A stretch of DNA of 64,000 bases, from NCBI RefSeq assembly GCF_002854065.1, contig NZ_CP024151.1. One strand, written 5' to 3'. The stretch is from Escherichia coli (lineage in GTDB: Bacteria; Pseudomonadota; Gammaproteobacteria; Enterobacterales; Enterobacteriaceae). Of the stretch, positions 55,718 through 64,000 are shown in pieces. The translations under genes were made by a program, and so were the position numbers. The number at the start of each line of letters is the position of its first letter. Position 1 is the first letter of the stretch. The notes under the pieces were generated by a model. The model made no database searches. It had not been told where the DNA came from and worked only from the letters and a program-made list of their open reading frames with translations.

Positions 55718-56133
55718 GATGTTTTCCTCCGTTGTTCACATATTCCGCGACACCGGGCGGTGCCGTGCCTCCATAAAAGCCGGGCGAACAGGCGGGGATG
55801 CAGGGGCGCAAGGGAAGCCGCAGCCTGACGCACACGGCTGACGGGAGTTGCAGGGTGAGACCGCGAAATCTGAGCGGGTGAACGACCGGAAAATCACGGC
55901 AGACGGGAAGGAGGGACCGGGTGACCGCAGCGGCGAAGCGTACCCTTGCATCAACGCCAGCCCGGCTAAGATGGAGGCACGGCACAGCCCGCACACGACG
56001 CTGAGGCCACATAACTGAAAAACCACAAGGCCATGCCCTGCATGGCCGGGTAAAGCGGAGCCGGCGGCGACTTCCTTTGTGCTCTGTCCGGGGACCGGCA
56101 GGAAAAAGGCGGGGATTTACCCCGCCAGTGTCA

Positions 56134-56910
56134 TCATTTCCGGATTTTTGCCAGGGCATCCGCCATGCTGCGGATTTCGGTCCGGGCTTCCCGGACCACC
56201 TCCCGCAGAACACCACGGTCAAACCAGCGGCGGGGCGGTTCATCCGGTATACGCAGCACATCGCAGGCCAGCCCACTGGACAGGATATGCTCAATACACT
56301 CACTGACCAGATACATTTCCACCGACGAAAAACGTGCTCCCCGGTTCACGATGGCATCGAGCACCACGGGCAGGTTTTCGTCATCTTCATCGAGCCAGCA
56401 GGGGTGATCGCTTTCCTTCACGACCAGGCGAAAGCGGCGCGTCTGGCGGGTCAGCAACGTCTGACCGGTGGTGGTCAGCGCCGCACGGATACGCCGCGCA
56501 TCTTCTGCCACCTGGTAACAGATGCTTCGTACCGCATCGTGCACCGCATCAAGAACAGCCTTGATTTCGTCTTCGGTCAGCCATTCTCCGGCATACGGGA
56601 AAGACACCTGCGTTCCGTCTGCCGGAAGTACCGGCAGCGACTGCCACTGACTGCCGGACAGTACCAGTTCCGCCCCGGTTCCGGTCAGTCTCTGAATGGC
56701 GGAGGCCAGGAGCGGCGGCAGTACGCCGCCGTGACGGTTGATAAGTAACGTCGCCAGCCGGGGCGCATCCAGCCGCACGTAAATGCTGATCCAGCCCGGA
56801 TAGTTCGGATTTCGCTGGTCAACATCCGTCTCTTCCGGCCAGTCCTGCGCCAGCAGCAGGTTACGGGCGTGACGACAAATCAGTGCGTTCAGCGTGCTGT
56901 TTTCGTTCAT
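56134..56910 (-). CDS. Hypothetical leading-region protein (258 aa from ATG 56910; track ORF extends to 56961)
   Basis: Internal [11 protein letters not shown] preceded by AGGGAGA; no recognisable motif. Confidence 0.5.
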   Translation of the reverse strand: MNENSTLNALICRHARNLLLAQDWPEETDVDQRNPNYPGWISIYVRLDAPRLATLLINRHGGVLPPLLASAIQRLTGTGAELVLSGSQWQSLPVLPADGTQVSFPYAGEWLTEDEIKAVLDAVHDAVRSICYQVAEDARRIRAALTTTGQTLLTRQTRRFRLVVKESDHPCWLDEDDENLPVVLDAIVNRGARFSSVEMYLVSECIEHILSSGLACDVLRIPDEPPRRWFDRGVLREVVREARTEIRSMADALAKIRK

Positions 56911-56960
56911 GATTAAGCGTTCTCCCTGTATCGCCGCCCGCAGGGCAGGCGGCGATAACA

Positions 56961-57395
56961 TCAGTTGTTTTCGTGTGTGTTGTTTTTCAGCAGGGTGCGG
57001 GCCTGATTAACCACCGCCTGACGGCGGGTAACGCATTCCGGGACGGCGAGGCCGTTATCACGGGCGGCCCACTCACGTTTCCACAGTGCCTGTTCAGCGG
57101 TCTGAATCAGGGACGCCAGCAGTTCAGCAGGGACGGTCACCTGGCGGTTTTCGCTCACGTTGCTGATAATCTCCATCACCGCGGCGGAAGAAATACCGGA
57201 TTCAGTCCGCTGGTCTTCCGGGATGTCCTCCATGCGCGCCAGGACGGTCCTGATTTCATGATCGGTCAGAGAAATTTCCATACCGTCAGCCAGTGCCTGA
57301 ATCTCTTCCGGGGACCAGATAACCAGCATCAGCGGCGCGTCTCCCGGATACTTTGCTGCCAGCTCCCGGCATAGCGTTTCGCATGTTCCGTACAT
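56961..57395 (-). CDS. Conserved leading-region protein, paralog A (144 aa, DUF1380-like)
   Basis: AAGGAGA RBS; paralogous to the 54811-55245 ORF. Confidence 0.55.
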   Translation of the reverse strand: MYGTCETLCRELAAKYPGDAPLMLVIWSPEEIQALADGMEISLTDHEIRTVLARMEDIPEDQRTESGISSAAVMEIISNVSENRQVTVPAELLASLIQTAEQALWKREWAARDNGLAVPECVTRRQAVVNQARTLLKNNTHENN

Positions 57396-57408
57396 TCTCG
57401 TCTCCTTC

Positions 57409-57630
57409 TCAATCTTTGAAGCAGGAATCCAGTTCCAGAATTTCGGTATACGCCTCCATAAACAGGCGATTGGCGCGATACAGCGTCTGGCGTGTCAGGC
57501 GTTCAACAAGCACATCGGAATCAAAGCGACAGCGATGCTCCATATCGTTCAGCCTAGCCCGAAGGTCACACATGGTGTTGGCCACCTCCGCCACGTCGGC
57601 GCGAAGTTTTTCGTGTCCGGCATAGTTCAT
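57409..57630 (-). CDS. Hypothetical small protein (73 aa)
   Basis: ATG directly after the methyltransferase stop codon. Confidence 0.4.
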   Translation of the reverse strand: MNYAGHEKLRADVAEVANTMCDLRARLNDMEHRCRFDSDVLVERLTRQTLYRANRLFMEAYTEILELDSCFKD

Positions 57631-58314
57631 TTACGCAGCCTCCGGTTCAAACCAGTTATCATTCGCGGCCCCCTGCTGCATGGCCCGTTGCACGGCGGCC
57701 AGTCGTTGCTGTCCGGCACGGTGATACTGTTCAAGCAGCTCGATACCGATATACCGGCGTCCGGACTGGAGGGCGGCCACGCAGGTTGAGCCGCTGCCTG
57801 CAAACGGGTCCAGCACAATCGCGTTCGGATGTGTGAAGCTCTCAATCAGTGGTTGCAGGCTGGTAACGGGCTTTTCCGTCGGGTGATGGCGGTTGCCCGA
57901 ATATTTCCAGCCCAGCACGTCGGGTAATGGCTTCGGAGGCAGCGCCGGACGGCCTTTTGCCAGGATATAGGCGCATTCGTGACGGTACGCGACATACGCA
58001 GATTTGGATGTGTAGCTTTTGGTGAACACAAGGTGCCCTACAACGCTGAATCCGGCGCGTTTCCAGGCTGCCATAAAGCGGTCAATACGGTTCCAGCCAT
58101 AGAAACTCACCATCAGCGCATCTTTTTTTAGTACGCGGTACATCTCATTACTGGCAGGTTGCAGCCAGTCATCGTTAACGTCACCGGCAATGGTGCGCCC
58201 GGAACGGTCACGAAAACCAACGAGATATGGTGGGTCGGTTAAGATGAAATCAATGGCGTTATCAGGAATCGTGGCCATAACACGCACGCAGTCACCCAGG
58301 ATAAAACGGGACAT
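57631..58314 (-). CDS. DNA methyltransferase, beta-class N6-adenine/N4-cytosine type (DPPY motif)
   Basis: 227 aa with FILTDPPY near the N-terminus and DPFAGSGSTCVAA SAM-binding motif near the C-terminus; GAGGAGGA RBS. Confidence 0.8.
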   Translation of the reverse strand: MSRFILGDCVRVMATIPDNAIDFILTDPPYLVGFRDRSGRTIAGDVNDDWLQPASNEMYRVLKKDALMVSFYGWNRIDRFMAAWKRAGFSVVGHLVFTKSYTSKSAYVAYRHECAYILAKGRPALPPKPLPDVLGWKYSGNRHHPTEKPVTSLQPLIESFTHPNAIVLDPFAGSGSTCVAALQSGRRYIGIELLEQYHRAGQQRLAAVQRAMQQGAANDNWFEPEAA

Positions 58315-58699
58315 AACAGCACTCCTCCTCTTACAGAGGGCACCGGGAGGGCGCCCCTGTGGCGCCCGTTCTCCGCTGCCTGTGGGCTGTTCACCGCGTC
58401 CGGTAACGGGTCAGGCCGACCGTGGAATACCGCAGCCGTCGTCTTTCTGACGGCGAGGATATGCCGCGAAAGCGGCTTGAAGGGCATTCATCAGAAAAGG
58501 GCGACAGGCTGGCGTACACTGTCACCGACGCCAGCCAGGAGCGGTAAAAGCGCCCGTCCCGTGCCCGGCCGGACACGGGACACTGACCACAGGCAGCGTT
58601 CCTGCCGCGCCGCGTCAGCCGGCGCAGTAAAAAGAGGAGCACGGCGACATCCTTTGTCGGAAAAGAAACGGGCGGTTGCCCGCCCGTCTCCGTCATACT

Positions 58700-59626
58700 T
58701 CATCCGCCATAATGCGCCACCTTGTCGACTATCCACGCAGGTCCGGTGACTTCCGGCAGCTCATCGTCATCTGTCGGGGAAGACCATTCAAGTTCCCCCC
58801 ACAGCACATCAACGAGCTCTCCACGCTCATACAACTGCCAGCCACAGAAATTGCAGCCTTGTTCGGCGTACCAGTGCTCCAGCGTGCAGCTGAAACGGCG
58901 GCTTAATTCTGCAACAACGTCGCTTTCCGGCTGACACCACGGCGTGTCGAAATCCACCTGAATGAAGTTTTCTCCCTGACTGCTGATATTCAGGTCATAC
59001 CCACAAGGCCACTTCACGCCATACCGTTCGGTATACCAGTGATATGCAGAAGGAACACCGTTCAGAACACCACCGTTAAAGCCATTCACTTCAACATCCA
59101 GGCGGGTCGGCAGAACCGTCAGCAGGTCAAACGGCATGGTTTTTTCCGGCAGCACGTTGTCACACAGACGGTTCCACCACACCGATACATCCTCGTTACC
59201 CCAGATGTCACACCAGTCACCTCTTTTTGCGGTGAAATGCACAGTGATGATTTCCCTGACATCATCCGGTAATCCTTCCCAGCGACGCTGTCCAGTACCG
59301 CTCTGCAGCCAGAGTTTATGCAGCATCAGGCAGTTTTGCTCATCCAGCAGTACACCGTCCTGCAGGTATGTCAGCCAGCGGGTGAACGCGATATTCTCCG
59401 GCGATACAACGCCACGCCCGGCAGCCGTCAGTCCGGGGCATGGTTCAAACCGCACATCTTCAGTGGTCTGCAGAAGTCCGGCACTTCCGGCCAGAAACAG
59501 CTGAATACCTTCATTTGTGGCGCGGCGATAAAGCGGTGTGACTGCACCGCTGGCCAGTCGTTTAATCTCAGCAATCTGTGCCGGTTCACCAGAAAAATGC
59601 ATACGATTTGAGCACCAGTTTGGCAT
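58700..59626 (-). CDS. Hypothetical Cys/Trp-rich leading-region protein (308 aa from ATG 59626; track ORF extends to 59671)
   Basis: Internal ATG MPNWCSNRMHF preceded by GAGAGGAGAA; multiple C-x-x-C/W-C motifs. Confidence 0.55.
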   Translation of the reverse strand: MPNWCSNRMHFSGEPAQIAEIKRLASGAVTPLYRRATNEGIQLFLAGSAGLLQTTEDVRFEPCPGLTAAGRGVVSPENIAFTRWLTYLQDGVLLDEQNCLMLHKLWLQSGTGQRRWEGLPDDVREIITVHFTAKRGDWCDIWGNEDVSVWWNRLCDNVLPEKTMPFDLLTVLPTRLDVEVNGFNGGVLNGVPSAYHWYTERYGVKWPCGYDLNISSQGENFIQVDFDTPWCQPESDVVAELSRRFSCTLEHWYAEQGCNFCGWQLYERGELVDVLWGELEWSSPTDDDELPEVTGPAWIVDKVAHYGG

Positions 59627-59980
59627 GGGAATTCTCCTCTCACATGCGGCCTCTATCAGGCCGTGCCGCACCTGTAACCGGGCGACCGCATACGAATGCA
59701 GGTGCGGCCCCGAAGCCGCAGCGCGTGGAGGAGGAACGACGAAACGTGACCGGGTGAGGAGGCCGGCGACAGCGACACACTTGCATCGGATGCAGCCCGG
59801 TTAACGTGCCGGCACGGCCTGGGTAACCAGGTATTTTATTCACAGAACCGTGCGCAAAATGCTGTGGATAAGCTGGACACAGCAGTCCACAGCAGGCATA
59901 CAGCCACACCCTCAGAGAATTGAGCGTTTTTTAGTCACAATAATGACATTTGACTGTGTGTGGATTCAGTTATTAGAATG

Positions 59981-59996
59981 CTGTATATACATACAG
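59981..59996 (+). promoter_or_regulatory. LexA box (SOS operator) upstream of impC
   Basis: CTGTATATACATACAG fits CTGT-N8-ACAG, ~25 bp upstream of the impC ATG. Confidence 0.7.
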
Positions 59997-60019
59997 CAAT
60001 AGAAAAGGGAGATGAGAAC

Positions 60020-60268
60020 ATGATCCGCATTGAAATTCTTTTCGACCGCCAGAGCACAAAAAACCTCAAATCAGGCACACTTCAGGCGCTACAGAATGAA
60101 ATCGAACAACGTCTGAAACCACACTCCCCGGAAATCTGGCTGCGTATAGACCAGGGCAGCGCCCCGTCTGTATCTGTCACAGGAGCCCGCAACGACAAGG
60201 ATAAAGAACGTATCATGTCTCTGCTGGAAGAAATCTGGCAGGACGACAGCTGGCTGCCTGCAGCATGA
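60020..60268 (+). CDS. impC: ImpC (DinI-like SOS modulator)
   Basis: MIRIEILFDRQSTKNLKSGTLQALQNEIEQRLKPHSPEIWLRIDQGSAP...EIWQDDSWLPAA, DinI-family pattern. Confidence 0.85.
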   Translation: MIRIEILFDRQSTKNLKSGTLQALQNEIEQRLKPHSPEIWLRIDQGSAPSVSVTGARNDKDKERIMSLLEEIWQDDSWLPAA

Positions 60269-60702
60269 GTACCGTTTATCACCGTCCGGCTGACCCTTCA
60301 GGCGATGACAGTTACGTGCGACCGTTGTTTGCCGATCGTTGCCAGGCCGGTTTTCCTTCGCCTGCCACTGATTATGCTGAGCAGGAACTGGATCTGAACA
60401 GCTATTGCATCAGCAGACCTGCAGCCACCTTCTTTCTGCGCGCCAGCGGTGAATCGATGAACCAGGCTGGCGTGCAGAATGGTGATCTGCTGGTAGTGGA
60501 CAGGGCCGAGAAACCACAACACGGGGACATCGTTATCGCTGAGATCGACGGTGAGTTCACCGTCAAACGACTGCTGTTGCGCCCACGCCCGGCACTGGAG
60601 CCGGTTTCAGACAGCCCGGAATTTCGCACACTGTATCCGGAAAACATCTGTATTTTTGGTGTTGTCACTCACGTGATACACAGGACGCGGGAGTTACGCT
60701 GA
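60265..60702 (+). CDS. impA: ImpA (UmuD/MucA-like, S24 peptidase fold)
   Basis: 145 aa LexA/UmuD-like; start overlaps impC stop (ATGA). Confidence 0.9.
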   Translation: MSTVYHRPADPSGDDSYVRPLFADRCQAGFPSPATDYAEQELDLNSYCISRPAATFFLRASGESMNQAGVQNGDLLVVDRAEKPQHGDIVIAEIDGEFTVKRLLLRPRPALEPVSDSPEFRTLYPENICIFGVVTHVIHRTRELR

Positions 60703-61972
60703 TGTTTGCACTGGCTGATATCAACAGTTTCTACGCCTCATGTGAAAAAGTTTTCCGCCCGGACCTTCGCAACGAACCGGTCATCGTACTCAGCAATAAC
60801 GATGGCTGTGTGATCGCGCGCAGCCGGAGGCAAAAGCCCTTGGCATCAGAATGGGGCAGCCCTGGTTTCAGGTGAGACAGATGCGCCTGGAGAAGAAAAT
60901 ACATGTATTTTCCAGCAATTATGCGCTGTACCACAGCATGAGCCAACGGGTCATGGCTGTTCTGGAGTCGCTTTCTCCCGCAGTTGAGCCCTACTCAATT
61001 GATGAAATGTTCATTGATTTGCGGGGGATAAATCATTGCATCTCTCCGGAGGTTTTTGGTCATCAGCTCAGGGAACAGGTAAAGAGCTGGACAGGACTCA
61101 CCATGGGGGTGGGCATTGCGCCTACAAAAACGCTGGCTAAAAGTGCACAGTGGGCAACAAAGCAATGGCCACAGTTTTCCGGTGTGGTCGCGCTGGAGGC
61201 AGAAAACCGTAATCGGATCTTGAAGCTACTGGGGCTGCAGCCAGTTGGTGAGGTCTGGGGAGTAGGACGCAGACTGACGGAAAAGCTGAATGCGCTGGGT
61301 ATTAACACAGCACTGCAGCTGGCGCAGGCTAACACGGCATTCATCCGGAAAAACTTCAGCGTCATTCTTGAGCGTACGGTACGCGAACTCAACGGCGAGT
61401 CCTGCATATCCCTGGAAGAAGCACCACCGGCAAAACAGCAGATTGTCTGTAGTCGCAGTTTTGGTGAACGAATCACAGACAAAGATGCCATGCACCAGGC
61501 TGTTGTTCAGTATGCAGAGCGGGCCGCAGAGAAACTACGTGGGGAGCGTCAGTATTGCCGGCAGGTGACGACATTTGTACGGACATCCCCCTTTGCAGTA
61601 AAAGAACCCTGTTACAGCAATGCCGCTGTGGAAAAGCTTCCATTACCCACACAGGACAGCCGGGACATTATTGCCGCAGCATGCAGAGCGTTAAACCATG
61701 TCTGGCGTGAAGGGTACCGCTATATGAAGGCAGGAGTCATGCTGGCTGATTTCACACCATCGGGTATAGCGCAGCCGGGATTATTTGATGAGATCCAGCC
61801 CCGTAAAAACAGCGAAAAGTTAATGAAAACACTCGATGAACTGAACCAGTCTGGAAAAGGGAAAGTGTGGTTTGCGGGGCGAGGAACCGCCCCTGAATGG
61901 CAAATGAAACGGGAAATGCTCTCGCCTTCGTATACAACACAATGGACTGAGATCCCCATTGCTTCATTCTGA
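60702..61972 (+). pseudogene. impB: ImpB (UmuC/MucB-like Y-family polymerase), apparent -1 nt frameshift near 60822-60826
   Basis: N-terminal 40 codons (MFALADINSFYASCEKVFRPDL...VIARS) in frame 0 then stop at ~60878; remainder (EAKALGIRMGQPWFQ... 373 aa) continues in another frame. Confidence 0.8.
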
Positions 61973-61976
61973 TATA

Positions 61977-62405
61977 TCAGAATAATTTTTGCATTTTAAG
62001 GCGCACATCATTCATTGCCTCCTGCACCGAATCAGTAGCAGAAGGAGGCATTTTTTCAGCAGATTGCAAAGCACCGAGTTCAGTCAACACAGCTCTGATA
62101 TCGGCCTGAGAAGGCTTCCATCCTGTCGTCTGACTGAGTAAGGTTACAACCTGATCTGCTGAAAACTCCTCGCTCAAAATGGCAGTCAGCAATACAGGCA
62201 GGCGAGGATCAAGTTGGTGTAACGCCATTCCAGAAATAAATGCATTCCGGAACAGCTCACCACGCTCAGAACGCGGAACGGACTCTATCGCTTCCAAAGC
62301 TTGAAAGTCTGCAGCTTTTTCCGGATGCAGATAAAGTGTGAATTTTTTCCTTTTCCGTTCATCGTCCACAATATTACTCCTCTTTGAAAGCCGCGATAGC
62401 TTCAA
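61977..62405 (-). CDS. parR: ParR/StbB centromere-binding adaptor (type II partition)
   Basis: ESVPRSERGELFRNAFISGMALHQLDPRLPVLLTAILSEEF parallels R1 ParR; directly downstream of parM; start uncertain. Confidence 0.75.
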   Translation of the reverse strand: MKLSRLSKRSNIVDDERKRKKFTLYLHPEKAADFQALEAIESVPRSERGELFRNAFISGMALHQLDPRLPVLLTAILSEEFSADQVVTLLSQTTGWKPSQADIRAVLTELGALQSAEKMPPSATDSVQEAMNDVRLKMQKLF

Positions 62406-63345
62406 CCAGTGCTGTCTGTGGCGACTCCATCATCACTACTTTTTGCCCAAGATGGTGCCATGCCGTTTTTATCGAATCATAGATCAACGGGGCCCCACCA
62501 CCGACAACATAAACACGATTCACATGATGAAAATCACCGAGCTCATTGACTACTTGCTCCCCCAGACTGGCAATAGCCCCCTCAATGGTATTAAGGACCA
62601 GATCAGTTTTTGTTTCGTCATTTATAACCTGCCGAACAAAGTCCGGGTCATTACGACGTTTAATCAATTCATCTGCAACGAGGAAACTGGTATCACTGGA
62701 TGCCATGCGCAATGCACTCATTGCAGCTTTCGTAACTGAAGACACACCAATGCCAGAATTACCATGAATGGCACTTACAGAGTCAAATTGACCAACGATA
62801 ACACCAACATCAAGCGTAGTGCCGCCAATATCAACTACCAGCGATTTTTCGAACTGACCAACTTTATCCATGACCAGACGAGAAAACACAGCTGGCAATG
62901 ATTCAGGCATCACATCAACGTGTTCAATGGTGAAAACATCGCCTTTATTAAGACGAATCGGCCTCATTAAATTCTCAATTTTACGCTGAATGTTGAGTTC
63001 ATTTTTTTGACACTCTTTCGTGTAGAACTCACTGATAGGCAAAGTCACAGTCAATGATACAGGCTGAGGCGCTAATCCACTATTCAGTAAAGCGTGATGC
63101 ACAGCTAACAGGTTAACATCCGTATATTGATACTCAATATGAGTCGTAAGAATAGATTGGTTGCTAACTTCATCATACGTGTATTTTTTACCATCCAGTT
63201 CATAGTTAAATGTCTGGCGAATCCCTAACCCGTCAACCTTCCATCCATGACGAAATGAGTTTTGCGACAACGACTTACAGATTTTCCCATTGTCATTCCA
63301 TGCCAACTTGATTGTTGTTGAACCATCATCGCAGTATACGTTCAT
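62374..63345 (-). CDS. parM: ParM/StbA actin-like segregation ATPase
   Basis: 323 aa MNVYCDDGSTTIKLAW... with DIGGTT and VVGGGA motifs. Confidence 0.9.
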   Translation of the reverse strand: MNVYCDDGSTTIKLAWNDNGKICKSLSQNSFRHGWKVDGLGIRQTFNYELDGKKYTYDEVSNQSILTTHIEYQYTDVNLLAVHHALLNSGLAPQPVSLTVTLPISEFYTKECQKNELNIQRKIENLMRPIRLNKGDVFTIEHVDVMPESLPAVFSRLVMDKVGQFEKSLVVDIGGTTLDVGVIVGQFDSVSAIHGNSGIGVSSVTKAAMSALRMASSDTSFLVADELIKRRNDPDFVRQVINDETKTDLVLNTIEGAIASLGEQVVNELGDFHHVNRVYVVGGGAPLIYDSIKTAWHHLGQKVVMMESPQTALVEAIAAFKEE

Positions 63346-63349
63346 CTAT

Positions 63350-63570
63350 AGCCCCTTAAATACTCAATCTGAGTAAATCACTGTTTCTGGTTGCAAGGTA
63401 ATACTCAATTTGAGCACTATCATAGTTATGAAATCACAAAACACAAGTAATATTTATTACATCATATGACATACTTCATATTTCATACTTCATAAATATG
63501 AATGCATGTTGACACATCAGGTTACCGTGTCAAAATATCATCATACTTCACACATCACATTTATGAGGTT
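63350..63570. other. Candidate partition site / promoter region with short direct repeats
   Basis: AATACTCAAT(C/T)TGAG twice and CATACTTCATA twice, between divergent parM and the ParA-like gene. Confidence 0.3.
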
Positions 63571-63572
63571 GC

Positions 63573-64000
63573 AATGATTACTGTAGTTGGTGGGAACAAA
63601 GGTGGTTCAGGGAAAACTACCATTGCATCAAACCTGGCTATTGCTCTCGCAAATAAAGGAAGGGAAGTCTGCCTGTTAAACGGAGATCTACAACGAACAG
63701 CCGCAAAACATCATGCGGAACGAGAAGCTGCAGGACTGTTACCAGCAATAACCCTTGTTGAGAAATTTGATAACCTGACACAAACACTACAGGCTCTGAA
63801 TGAAAAGTTCGATGATGTAATAGTGGATGTCGCAGGAAGAAACTCAAAGGAATTCATAACGAGTGGAGTTGTCGCACATCAAATAATTGCGCCACTACAG
63901 TGTTCTCAACCAGATCTGGATACTCTTACAGAACTAGAACAACAGATAGACGCAATGCGTAACCTTAACCCGGAACTTAAGGTTTATTGTTTACAAAGTA
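63573..64000 (+). CDS. ParA/MinD-family P-loop ATPase, N-terminal part (runs past window end)
   Basis: ATG at 63573 after GAGG; deviant Walker A GGNKGGSGKTT; no in-frame stop before the window end. Confidence 0.65.

Noticed and set aside
63638-63847. 69 aa minus-strand ORF
   Set aside because: Antisense to the better-supported ParA-like ORF that has a Walker A motif and an RBS.

Overview
This window is a segment of an F-like (IncFII-type replicon, MOB-F relaxase) conjugative plasmid of Enterobacteriaceae. From left to right it holds: a truncated IS1 end; a cargo module with a Ser-type sulfatase and an OmpC-family porin; a complete IS2; an IS91-family transposase remnant; a RelE/ParE-RHH toxin-antitoxin pair; a RepFIIA-type replicon (origin, repA1, leader peptide, copB/repA2); a srnB/pndA-type hok-family locus; the complete transfer operon on the minus strand (finO through traM); oriT with the F-type nic sequence; orf169 lytic transglycosylase; a leading region (DUF932-like gene, hok/mok, psiA, psiB, ParB-like protein, ssb, two orphan methyltransferases, KlcA/ArdB antirestriction protein and several uncharacterized ORFs) punctuated by three ~630 bp GC-rich repeats; a LexA-controlled impCAB operon in which impB appears frameshifted; parMR; and the start of a ParA-like gene. 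The most promising place for undescribed biology is the block of uncharacterized leading-region genes and the structured GC-rich elements between them. All identifications rest on the supplied ORF translations, recalled family sequences and synteny; no database search was run. Coordinates of sites read by eye (hairpins, boxes, repeat ends) may be off by a few bases.
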